Below are positions 1 to 12,221 of a stretch of 64,000 nucleotides of DNA, in pieces. The position numbers and the translations under genes were made by a program. Every line of letters begins with the position of its first letter. The stretch's first letter is position 1. The notes beneath the pieces are model-generated. The model had not been told where the DNA came from. It made no database searches and saw only the letters and a list, made by a program, of their open reading frames with translations. The DNA is from Psilocybe cubensis (Eukaryota), in contig CM039002.1 in the NCBI GenBank assembly GCA_017499595.2, forward strand, positions 248,001 through 312,000, written 5' to 3'.

Positions 1-231
1 TACGACGACTGCGCCAACCACGAAAAGAAAAATGAACGCGTTTTCTATTTACTGGACAACCCCGGAACAATATTCGATACTCCTGCAATAGATCTCTGCT
101 ACTGTCTGCCCTGTAACATATTCGTACACGCCGAGGCTGCCAATGGGCGCACTGAGATGTGGGAGAAACTGCCAAGTTACTTCAACCTTCCCGAGTGGGA
201 CGACCTAGCCGATTTGGATAACGACGATTAA
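1..231 (+). CDS. 3' end of a gene entering the window; C-terminus resembles basidiomycete BTB/POZ-associated hypothetical proteins
   Basis: Frame 1 is open from base 1 to TAA at 229-231 and reads ...CLPC...GRTEMWEKLPSYFNLPEWDDL. The R..W..LP..F.LP.W..L ending is typical of that agaricomycete family. Confidence 0.55.
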   Translation, partial: YDDCANHEKKNERVFYLLDNPGTIFDTPAIDLCYCLPCNIFVHAEAANGRTEMWEKLPSYFNLPEWDDLADLDNDD

Positions 232-479
232 ATCTATCACCGACAATGATAATTAACATTCATCATTGCCTGCAACACTATTTCGAATATGTGTACGTAA
301 ATAAACTATTAAAATGTCCAAATTCTGCCATTTTGGTGGTGTGCGCGAAAGGATGCAATGGGTGTGGATATGAGGGTATGATGCAAGACGGAGGTAACAG
401 ACAGAGCCAACTGCTCATAAAGGGGATGAATGCTCTCGGGGCGATATCGTGAAAACAACAACACTAAGACAATTGGTCC

Positions 480-1880
480 TTAAGCGAGGAGCATGGCGAC
501 ACCGAAGAGGGCGCTAACGAGGACAGCGCTCGAGGCGACGACCTGGCCGGCACCGCTGGTGTCAGTCTGCGTGCTTGGGGCAGCAGAGTTCGAGTTCGAG
601 GCCGAGGAGCGCGATGTGGCGCTGCTCGAGCTTCCGCCGTTCGTCTGCGAAGAGGAGGTAGCAGAGGAAGAAGGAGCAGCAACGCTGGCGGTGGGGAGGC
701 CGGTGTAGATCGACTTGGACTCGAACTGGACGCAGTTGGAAGACTTGGGGATGCGGGGCTCGTAGGTGACGGTGGTGATAGGGCCGAGGGACTCAGGGGG
801 CTGGGTGTAGGTGGAGGTGACACCGTCAGCACCGGTGTAAATTCCGGGGAAGTCCTGGTTCTCGCCCTCGCAAGCCTCGAAGGTACCGTTGCGAGCTTCG
901 TTGGGGGCGTTGTACTTGCAGCCAATACGATCAAAGATGTGCTCGCAGTAGTTAGCAGCGTTGGCGCCTCGGGGATCGCAGAGTTTCAAGCAGAAGGAGT
1001 TAGAGCCGATGAAGCTGTGCAATTTCAATATGAGATCAGATACAAGAAATACAAAAAATGAACTTACTTGTGCCACTCAATAGCCTGAGTATATTGGCCA
1101 GTGAAGCGGTTGGAGAACATGATACCACCCATGGGGTTACCACGCTGTATAAAAAAGCGAAGCATAAGAATCCAATATCAGGAGCACAAAAAAATATATG
1201 CACGCACGAGATCGGCACCGTGAGGGTCCATCTCACCTCCGTAATCACCTTCAAGGATGTTGATCTTTGTCTGATCAATGAAACCGACGACTTGGACGTA
1301 GTCAGGGGTCTTGGTGAACTGCACACCATGGAGAGCACCCTCAGGGATGAGACGCGTTCCGTGTCCGGGCTTGGTGCACCAAGCGATCATGGAACCCTCG
1401 ATGTCACCAACAGTCGCGCCATACTCAGCAGGAGCCCAAAGACAGAAGTCTAGACAAACGACCCCTATCTTCAGCAACTTTGAATATATTGAGAAAGTAA
1501 AACATACCATCGAGATCGTTGAGGAACGAGGTCTGGCACAGAGATTGCTGGTTCTCGGTTGTGGCGTTGCAAATGTTGTATCCGATTTGAGTTCCACGGA
1601 TTAGGTTAGTGTCGGTGTCGACTTTGTAAGGCTATAAAGAAAATGGATGTAAGAATAGGAACATAAAAAAGGGGTGAAGAAGAAAAGGGGGGTGTTGCGT
1701 GGACAGCACAGTGAAAAGTATTATACGCACAATTCCGTCGGGATAGTTGTAAGGACCCTTCTGAGCGAGGGGAACGGCGGGGTAAGTAGCCATGGGTGGG
1801 GCTTGAGCCATGGCGACAGACGCTGAGATTGCCAGCGCAACCATGCGCGGGAGAGAAAGGGAAAGAGTGACTGGAGACAT
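480..1880 (-). CDS. Secreted, probably GPI-anchored Cys-rich mannoprotein (Cryptococcus MP88 / 'macrophage-activating glycoprotein'-like), multi-exon
   Basis: Signal peptide MSPVTLSLSLPRMVALAISASVAMAQ; core motifs FCLWAP, AWCTKPGHGTRLIP, GGEMDPHGAD, YCEHIFDRIGC; Ser/Thr-rich stalk; hydrophobic C-terminus; GT-AG introns. Confidence 0.8.
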
Positions 1881-2754
1881 TTTTCGTGTTGGTTTGGTGG
1901 AAAAGGTTTGCTTGGAATATGGGTTTGGAACGAAGGTGTGGATTATATGAGTCTAGAAATATCTAGAGTATAAAGGGGAGGGGGAGGGGAGGGGAGGTTA
2001 CGAGTAGAACGTGAAGGAAGTAAAAGTGGAAGGAAGAAGGAAGGAAGAAAAAAGCTGGGGGGCGCCGCTTCATATGTGCAGCTCGCCCAGAAAGTCTAGG
2101 GGAATAACAAAGGCTCCACGCCACCTGTCGTAGCAGCCAAGGCTTGGATAGGCTTGGGCATCCCTCCAGAACGCCGACGTCCTGCAAATCAGCAATCATG
2201 AACCAAGACCATCCAAGACCGGAAAACTGACCCTTTGTATGAAGCCAAGTTCGCTTGGGTGGCTGTGTGGAGTATTAAACAAGACGGGCGACTATTACAC
2301 TCTGCAACATTGCAAAGCAAAAAAATGAGAGAACATTGAAACTCGTCGTAGGGCTAGCTGAGTTTCGCATCTAGAATTGAGGAGAAGTGTAGACATAGAG
2401 AGGTAATTTGTCGAACGGAAGCGGGGGCAGAAACCCAACAGAAACATAACGATTGATGTCATGTCACGACCTTAGGAGTTTGCCGACAGACTCTGAGTCG
2501 ATGTCAGACATGCTTCGACGATGCGTTGCATATCGCCTAGGTATGGTGAATGTATTTCCCGGGTTTAAAAGTAAACTTGGACTTAACAACAACACTGACG
2601 GCAATGGGTAGTTATGTAGGGTATGCGAAAGCCAATGAATATTTTCAAAGGTAAATTATATGACGATAACGAGTCCAAAGGAGTGTGAGTATGTATCAGA
2701 TCAGTGGAGCATTCTAATAAAGATGTGGAAAGATGGGAAAACAACTGTCAGCGT

Positions 2755-4071
2755 TTACGACAGGAAGATGGCGGAGAAGAGGACACCCAGGAAGGAAAGA
2801 CCAGAGATAGCGATCATGGTGGATTCACTCCCAGAGGTGTTGTTGGCATTCCCCGAGGGTGCTGAGGAAGCTGTTGCGCTTGTTCCACTCTTGGAGGACG
2901 AGGCTCCAGTGGAAGGTTTTGCGGAATTTGTAGCAGATGCCGAAGGGGAAGAGCCAGCGGCAGTGGGAAGGCCAGTGAAAACCACAGAGCTGGTGAATGG
3001 CTGGCAGTTAGAGGAGGAAGGGATCTTTGGTTCGTATGGCCTGGTCATGATGGGACCCAGAGACTCAGGGGGCTGAGTATAGGTGTGAACGACGCCGTCG
3101 GAAGTGTAGACACCAGGGAAGTCACCGCTTTCAGCCTCGCAGGACTCGAAAACATTGTTCTTGGCAGCATTAGGGGCGTTGAAAGCGCAACCAATGCGAT
3201 CATAAATATGTTGGCAATATTCAGCAGGGTTAGGCCGTGATGGATCGCAGGCCTTCAAGCAGAACGCGTTGTTTCCCATGAAACTGTTCCCCAGTAAAAT
3301 TAGAACCACGTGCAAAGGTCATTGAAGCAATACGTACTTTGTCCATTCAACAGCCTGGACGTATTGGCCAGTCCAAGCGTTAGAAAACATGATACCACCC
3401 ATGGGGTTTCCACGCTATGGCGCCGAGTCAGAATCGAGACCGATATTAAATGATTGCAACGCACAAGATCAGCGCCGTGTGGGTCCATCTCGCCTCCACT
3501 GTCATCAGAAGCCATATTGATCTTCGTCTGGTCAATGAAGCCGACCACTTGAATGAAGTCAGGAGTCTTCAGGAACTGAAGACCAGTAAGGGCGCCTTCA
3601 GGAATAAGGCGAGTTCCGTGACCGGGCTTGGTGCACCAAGCTACCATTTCACCCTCGACATCCCCAACAGTCTTTCCGGGTTCATGAGGCGCCCACAAAC
3701 AGAAATCTACAGATTATTGAGAAAATTAATCAATTGAAGGATTGAGAAAAAAAAAACTGACCGGTAGCGTCATTGAAGAAAGATGTCTGGCACAGTGAAT
3801 TTTGGTTTTCGGTGGTCGTGTTGCAGATATTGTACCCAGACTGAACTCCACGAACAAGACCTTGGTCAGTGTCGACTTTATAAGGCTAGAGAGACACAAG
3901 AATGAGCATTGAAGGAGGGCCGCCAAGATACCAAGATCCACTCACGATGCCGGAAGGATAAGAAAAATGCTTGGACGCCAACGGGGTCGGAGGATAAGTG
4001 CCAGTGACCTGGGCGGCTACCAGAGATGCGGCGCCTAATGCGAAAGAGGCAATAGAAAGAGCGTAGGACAT
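2755..4071 (-). CDS. Tandem paralog of the 480-1880 mannoprotein
   Basis: Same motifs (AWCTKPGHGTRLIPEGA, GGEMDPHGADL, YTQPPESLGPI), matching intron positions, signal peptide and GPI-like tail. Confidence 0.8.
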
Positions 4072-4370
4072 CTATTAAAAGAGCAGAAGAAAAAATAGCA
4101 CGAATGGGTGGGGAAAAGAAGTGGGCGTTTGACGTGGCTGCATCACAACGGTTTTGCTCTAGTCGGACTTTCAAATGATTACATCATTATCTCCCACCAG
4201 GGTATGCGCACGGACCCTATCACGTGCAATCGATCAACAAACGCGTCGCGCCCTATGGCTTCTAAATTCAAATCCAGCAGAAAATCAACAATGTCCTGCT
4301 GTCAGCTTCCCTTTTCCAACTTAATTCGCTACCACCACCATCTCTTTTCTGCCCCCGTCGATTAGTCCCA

Positions 4371-4971
4371 ATGGCAAAGACTGCAACTGGTATTTTCTTT
4401 TCTTTTCTATCGCCACGATTTCCCTAGTTCACCACTTATCAGAAACCAAAACCAAGTCAGCGACCAAAGCTGCAAACAATAAGACCAAAACCACCAAAGA
4501 GGGTGCGATACCTTCTCAGAACATCTCTGACCGTCGTTCTCATTTTTGTGGCCCCTTGTGCCTCTTATCTGATTTTATAGATAAGGCTGATAAGCCCAAG
4601 CGCGAGCCCACTGCCTACCAACGCTTTTGCAAAGAGAACATGAAGAAATGGAACGAGGAGAACCCTGGTCGTGCAAAGGAGGCTATGTCGCATGTAGGTG
4701 GCCTTTTTGCTACTGCGCAATTGAACTCCGGCATGTTCATTGTACTCGCAACCATTAGATCGCCGCCATGTGGAAAGACTCGCCAGAGAACCCCAACCGG
4801 GGACAGGATGCCAAAGCACGAAAGCCCAAAGAGCCCAAAGCAGCAAAGGAGCCCAAGGAGCCCAAAGCTAAGGCCGCTCCTCGTAAGAAGGCTGCTCCCA
4901 AGAAAGCTGCGAAAGCGAAAGACGAAGAAGACGAGAGCGAGGACGCCGACGAGGACGAGGACGACGACTAA
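4371..4971 (+). CDS. Small basic/acidic HMG-box/YABBY-like DNA-binding protein, multi-exon
   Basis: ATG at 4371; spliced KPKREPTAYQRFCKENMKKWNEENPGRAKEAMSH-IAAMWKDSPENP; Lys/Ala/Pro-rich linker; acidic tail ending TAA at 4969-4971. Confidence 0.7.
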
Positions 4972-5902
4972 GCGATTCTTCCTCGAGCCTTGTCGCCCTA
5001 TCAGCCCCTCGTTTTCATCATACGGTATGCATCTCTGCCCCTTGCTCATTCATGTTTCATCAAACGTTCATGTGTCATTGAATGTCGGACTAACAACGGC
5101 GATTTCTCTCTGCTTAGGTTCTTCAACATACGGCTATATGCGCATGTCTGCAAAGCAACTTTGTTGCGTTATTTTTAAACCCCTTCTCGGCAAATTGCGT
5201 TGAGCTGTTCTCTTCCTTCGTCTCCCAAGCTCTGTGTTGCTGTCCTTAAAGCTTCTAATGTGTGTGATTATTATCGCTTTGTTGGCGTATCTTTATTTTA
5301 TTGTATGCTCTACTTGGTGCATCGCTCTTCTTCTTAATTGCTTTATTTATTCACCTTGGTCTTCTCTTCGGGTTACTTGTTCTCATGCAACGTTTTGGAT
5401 TCTCTACCTTGTTACTCGTGGGGTTTCCACTCCCTTCGACTATATCGACGTAATGTACTACTTACCCACATTGATCACCCCTTTGTTGTACAAATTGACG
5501 GAATGTAGATAACAAATTTTGCTGTTCAGTTTTGAAAGCTTTGTCTCTTTGTTGAAACTCTATTACATGCAGTGCTTCTGCATCGCATTATGTACCGAGC
5601 GTGTCAATGCAGGCGCCTAAAATACGGGCCTCATGATCAAATGGAAGCCCCTCGTGGGAGTGATTGACCGAGTCCGACAAATAATGATAAGCTAGCGCTC
5701 ATGCTATTCTAATTTCTATGCGCATCTTTTCATAATATCTGACAAGTCTAATGTTGGCATTACTGCGCTTTTCCTACAACATGTCTAAGGTGGAGTGCGG
5801 TCCATAATGCTCGACATCATTCTACGAAGGCGATCAAAGTCCTCCGCTTAACGATGGTGCTGGCTATTGAGTTCACCGGGAACGCTTCCTTATCACTACT
5901 CC

Positions 5903-8210
5903 CTACTTGCTGTCACTACTACTAAACCGTGAGATGCTGTGGCGTTTGGAACACGTCACTGCGTGTATAAAACTTTCGGGATCCATGATGTGCAAATGCG
6001 GTTTTGGCCCCCAATACTTTGTCATTATTGCAAAAATAAAGTTAAATATAACAAAAAATGGGTAGGATGATGTTTTATGGTCGTAGAAAAGGTACTGATT
6101 CATGAAAAACCATGGGTAACGGTTTTTTGCGTATGATACAGTCGAAGTCCGAGTCCGATATCAAGAAAAATACATACAAAAAAACGTCACGACGTTGTTT
6201 TAAATGCGATATAGCCCAAGAAGCTTTGTCGCTGTTAGACGACTTGTTCAGCTGCAAGTCGAGCTATTCGGTCCTACACATTACAAGGCTTTGTGAGAAG
6301 TCCACATGTAAGGACGAAATGCCATATACCTTATGGGAGTCATTTTCTATAGGTGACGATGTTGAGTCGCTGTTAACCATCGCACCAGGGACTGCGCCAA
6401 AATGGATAGTTTGAAGGGAGATCCCGTTGGAATTCACCACGGCGTGAGATGAAGCTGGAGGTCTCCTGGAGTTCAAGGTGGCTAAAAAGGAATTGCTGTA
6501 AACTAATCATGTGTGAGTGATATCAGCTTTTAAATGAACAGATGTTCAATAAAAGAACATACGTGAAGCGAGAACTTGAGAAAATGCGAGGAAAATAAGA
6601 TCTCTGGGTCGTGTAATAACCTACACAATGTAGGGTGATCGCAATTAAATCTTAAAAAAGTGGATCTTAAGGAGATATACGAGTGTCATCTCTTACCAGT
6701 GTCAGAGTGATGATATCAAAAACCCTACAGGTATCATTCAGTGTAACGTTCCTATCATAACATAGAACATACGTTGTTAAGACTCCGTTGTTTATGGTAT
6801 ATTTCATCAAACGGTTGATTAATTTGTCCGTTCTTACCACAAATCGGTGAATTATTCCACAATTACCTCAAGTCGGACTAAACACGTACTGTTTGATGCC
6901 TGTACGACTGCTGTGGAGGAAATAACTGAGGGTCGCAGCTATCGTAACGTCAATAGCTACCGCGGTGGACAAGGAAATCTTGGCCAAAGTCTGGACGGTG
7001 TGAATGAGGTTATTATGGGATGAGAAAATAATATTCCACTGCAAACCTCTGGTAATCCTGGAAGTTCCAAAAGGCTACGAAGCCGGAACCTGTTCACAGA
7101 GTGTGAGATTCACGTCAGACGTATATCATCACGGGCAACTGAATACTCACAGAACAGCTGTAAGAACTACCTTACATCGTGTGAGATTCCCGTGAGGAAT
7201 TCAATATGTCAAGGACTAACTCCAACTCGAAGCTATCGGGCAGACATTAGAATCCTCCAAAAATATCGCAGAACTGGGTAAATACTCACTGCAATGAGTA
7301 AGCGCCACGATGGTCTGCCGAAGGCGCCCGGTGACGTGAGGAACTTATGATGTTTGATAACAATGAAAAGTACGTACGATGGCTATAGGGATGAAAAGAT
7401 TTTTCTTTCTACTTACTAAATTGGCCTTAAATTGAGCAGACTTTATGATGTATGAGCAAATGACGTACTAATGTAGATCCTCCATGCGTAGAAAAGCTGA
7501 ACTACGAGAACAACGATTGCCTAAAATAGATATTGGTCAATGGAATGCGGGATGGAAACAAAACGAAATTATCACAATGACTCCAAATAAGATCTATTAA
7601 AAATCGTGTGAGTAACATATACGTACTTCAGAAGCATACGCATCATTTGACACACGTTTATCGACCTTATTTCATCAACACCGTGAACGGGATAGACGGA
7701 AGGAAACAACTCACCAGACGGGACGAAGCAGAGACAGCGGACTCAGATAGTCCGTTATTAGGTAGTGGTATACAGCATGAATGCTGAAGCCCACATGCAA
7801 CATTTCGAATCCCCTATATTTCACCATGAGTCCATCCATCGCGGAGCAAGGGATAAATCTAACTGACGATACGGTGATGACCTAGGTATGTCGTTGATCA
7901 CAATGAAATGCTGATATCACCGCAGAAATGGAAACCTTACAGTCAATTTGAGGAAAATTCCGTCGTCGGTATACGTATTGAAGTAGTGATAGGTCTGTAT
8001 AACCAATCAATCAGATAGAAATATGAAAACTTCAAAATGCAAACACATACCTGAAAGCAGGTCACTCCAAACAATCTGTGAGTTTGGTATATATTCGATG
8101 AATATTCAAAATGCATCAGAGGCCCGAATCACTAACATTGAGGATGCAAAAGTACCAAGGGTGTAGGCACCAAAGGTATCATTGAGGTTCAAATCGAATT
8201 GAAACGCCAT
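5903..8210 (-). CDS. Multi-pass membrane protein, DUF6534-like, many small exons; 3' end uncertain (6264 or 5903)
   Basis: Starts MAFQFDLNLNDTFGAYTLGTFASSML; further hydrophobic exons; later exon with the LATLNSRR motif near 6460-6490. Confidence 0.65.
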
Positions 8211-10746
8211 GAGGTAGGTAGATCTTTGAAGCAGAGAAACAACAGGGCGGTTGTTAGAAGAGCATCGTCGACTTGTCTGGAAGTAATTTATGTATAAATC
8301 CACATTCCGAATGGCGGGATATCGATAATACATATACCCACGCGATGGTGGTGCATTCATCACATCCATACCACAGGATCAGAACAGCTAACGGAAACTC
8401 TCTTACCATGACGCCCATGCTATAGGATCAAGAATTCTGTCCAAGTGTCAACGATGAGGTATATATAGCCTATGAAATCGTACCCCATTGCATTCCCATT
8501 TTCCTTTTTTTGTAAAAGCGCAAGTGCATCTGTTGCAAACATTCTCAAAGGTGCTCAGTTAACATTTCCAATGGATTGCGAAACGTTGAAGAGGTTCAGT
8601 ATAATAAAAAATATCATGGAAAGAGGAAGAAGCCATTAATTACCGATATCTACGTTGCTTTGATGCTTCAGGCTCCCTCGAATGTCACAGAAGCGTAAGC
8701 CAGAAATATCGAGCACATTGTCTTTTGCTGTGCGGCATTCGAGAAGTGGCGTGATGAATGTTGTTTCTATCAACAGCAAGAGAACGTGGTAAATCCAAAT
8801 AAAATCAGCTATATTCAAACCAACATTCTGAATAATCAAAAATCAATGACTATGGTTTCAATGAGGTGCTTCCAGATCTAATGTGAGAAGAAAGTATCAG
8901 AGGTGGACTTTCAATCGCAGAATTATCTTGGTTGAATACCTGCTCATGATGCTGTACAGATGATTTGTTTTGATGAAGTGTTTAGATCATAAGCTTGCTG
9001 TCACAATCGGCGCAATGAAGAGTTGACCTGGATGACTCTAAATCTTATCGGAGACGAGCAATGCTATGACATTGATCCGTTGAACATTCTCAACGCTTAT
9101 TCTTAAAGCACCGCATTGAGCGTCTATGGTGGCTCTCGCTCCGGATACTCCCGTGCACTCCCATGCCACAGCTTGCGAAGACAAGAGATTGGCAAACGTA
9201 AATGGTACAGCTATAGCTTGAGCTGCCCATTAATCCATCCTTCAAGAGACATAGTTCAACTGCAAATGAACACGAATATGAGCGACACCATTCTGCCACG
9301 TTGATGGTGAGTACATGCATTGTCATACCATCAGATAGCATCCTGCGGTCCCTTTTTTCATCCGTGACATTCGATTTTCTGTCTGAAGAGCACCGCCAAC
9401 ATTAGTTAGGGGTGGGTTAGGAGAAACTCGTTGGGAACAAAGTAGATACCTTAGCGTAGAAAGGTGAGAAACACTCACCCGTGCGTCTTAGCACATCGAT
9501 TGCTTGTTGCACGATAATAAACAGATTCCAAAAAAAAAACTCGTTGGGAGAATGGCCAGGCATAGCCTCCTAAATTTTCCAGTCCCGTGCTTTGGTAGTT
9601 GTCGCGACGCGCGCCCTGAGGCCTGAGCGCATACCCCTAATACGCTATCAAATAGCACTTACGAAATTATGACGATCAAGGATTCGAGTGTTTTAAAGGC
9701 TAAATGAATAGATATATACTATTTACAAGTATAGCTACATAGCTCCGTAGCGTCACAGTGATTACCTGGATCTGACAACGTCAAAATGTCCAACTGTGAT
9801 AATGAAGCCTGTGATTTGTAATTATTTATAACACATAAACGAAAACATTAGCACCATAATTCTCAGAATCTTTGTGGAAGTCGCTATACATGTATGGATA
9901 CATACAGATTATTGAGTTAATTGTGTGAAAATTAACAGGAAAGCGGATCACCAAATTGTGTTTTATAAGAGAAGGAATAGTTTTAGGTACTGCCATTGTC
10001 GATTATGCTGGACTTCAGTCATGATAGCTGATTCACCCTATTATTATCAACTCTTTAGTGGCTATGGATACTTAAGCGTCGATTGTTATATCGATTCTTC
10101 CTCCTTCCCCCTGTTTTCACTGAATAATTGCTATGATCAGCCGTCGCCCCAATCTCAATCGTTTTATAATACTTTTATTTCTCCTATCGATATGTAAGTG
10201 ATCTCCATTGACTCTATATACCAGCTTTTGAACGTTTCACAGTTGTCACCGTCTCTTCTAAATGGACACATAAGGGAAGGTTCAGAAATGTCATTAGTAA
10301 AAGAACAACTTCGCCTTTTTTCCCCGTCTGTCAAATAGAATGCCAAACGCTCCAAGACGCAATTGTGAGAAGTAAACTATGACTGAATAGTCATTTATTC
10401 ATTTATTTCATCTGCAATCACACTATAGAATTGCGGGAATAACCAATGTGGATGCACTTTAGATGTACAAAACTCCTTGGATGCATGCCAGGCATGTGAG
10501 CTCGAGGAAATAAGACATGAAGAAGTCGAATCGGCTATATCGGCCTTCGGAGACTCTGACACTGACCCAGACACCGATGAGGGTAGTGCAGCACCTGTTC
10601 CCAGCGTTGAAGGTGCGTACAGCATCCATACAGTTTTCCATCTATCACATCTGACGTCAAAACCAACTGAATACTTCAGAGTATCAGCAACTCTGTGCTG
10701 GATTAGGGTTTCCGATCCCTGGTTCCCCACAGGCTTTATCTCAGTC

Positions 10747-11933
10747 TCAGACGCCGTCCAGCGAGAGCTCTTCAAGCAATGGAGCAAGTAAAAGTTCAAA
10801 CAATCCTCCTCCAGCCAATGAAGCCAATTCTAGGGGTGGTTCAGGACCGCCTGGCGCGTCGTCCGACGGAATGCGCATTTCTGCGAATATGTCATTCACC
10901 TCCGTACTCAGCATTGTTTGGTTATGTAGCGTCACTTTACATGGGTTGCTGTCACGTCGGGATTTTCCGAATGTAAAACTAACTTGTAATTAACATATAA
11001 GATTAATTTCCAGCTAACCCGGGTAGATAATTACGTTACATTACCTGACTAATAACCTTGCAGCGTGTCTTCCAGTTTAACTGGAAAAACTTCTCGTATT
11101 TTTTCTTCCAGTTAACATACGAGCATTTCTTACAGTTTAATTTACACTCAAACTGGAGTTCATTCTGACACCTTGATCTGGTACTTAATGTATAAGACAA
11201 CTTTAAAGTTCATCTTTTATTCAAAATGTAAGAGAAATTTCTACTTGGAGTTCTACTTGGACTATCTGTGCAAGATACGAGTCTTCCGTACAAGTTAGTT
11301 TTACATTCGGAAAATCCCGACGTGTGTAGTATCTGAGTATGGTAGATACTAGCCGGTCTTTACTGTGGATTTTGTTTAAGCCTCCAAGGAAACCAACAAC
11401 TTCACTAGTTTGTGAATTTAACGGTTTTCTTTATATGCTTATCTGTGACAAATGGGCGCTGACGTACGGCAGACCTTGGAAATTGACATCGATGCAACTG
11501 CCAATGAGTGGACTTCGGGTCTCAGGTAACAACGCTAATGATGCAGCTTTCAACTTCTGACATGTATATCTAGGAGATGTTGGACACATCTCGCTGTCTT
11601 TTTGCACCTAGCGCATTCATCGTTCGCTAGCGCGAACACTTTCAGCCACCTTTCACCTCTGTTCTTGGTTTCATAAGTTTTGTGGAGAGGCGATGCCTCA
11701 TTGCAAATCAAAGTCCAGTTAGGCGCGTGTAGCCAAACACGCGGACGGGGATTCTCCCACTTCAGAAGAGAGACCGTAGACACTTGTACCTTTACCAAAG
11801 TGAGCACCGACACCAAACAGACACTAAACCTTCTGAGGTAGCTGGGTATGAGGATCTCCGAACACGATGCCGCTACTTTACAATTAGATCTGCGCGACGA
11901 TGAGATTCGCAATTTCGAATCCTTCTCAAGCAT
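10747..11933 (-). pseudogene. Decayed ORF interrupted by the MITE; weakly F-box/LRR-like
   Basis: Removing the MITE and one TSD joins ...LVSTILRYY-SNPCKVTLHNQTML...LFELLLAPLLEELSLDGV in frame; several in-frame stops remain. Confidence 0.3.
10953..11324. mobile_element. 372-bp MITE with perfect 36-bp TIRs and a 3-bp TSD (TGT); CAC termini suggest a CACTA/CMC-type derivative
   Basis: CACGTCGGGATTTTCCGAATGTAAAACTAACTTGTA at 10953-10988; exact reverse complement at 11289-11324; TGT on both flanks; AT-rich noncoding interior. Confidence 0.9.
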
Positions 11934-12221
11934 CAGGGGCAGGTTTCAACCCATTCATCGCGCATCGAATGGGGGAGCTTCCAATATCAACAGAAGAGGT
12001 CGGAAGACTCAACCCTCAAGCTATCTGGGGGTCGCTGTGGTCGATAATTCAACTGACGTGGCAAGTACTGTTCATGTCCACTTTCGTTAAGCAGGTCGTC
12101 CGTGTATGATCTGCCTCAAAGAAAGGGCGTGTGTCGATATTGGGCCGCGAGTGGATCTGTCGTTTTTCCTTTGTGTACAATAGGGTGTCATTAGTTGACA
12201 CGTCGATTCAAATACGACGTA

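Noticed and set aside
8400-10400. Short ORFs, possible gene relic
   Set aside because: Frequent stops in all frames; no family or splice pattern I can support.
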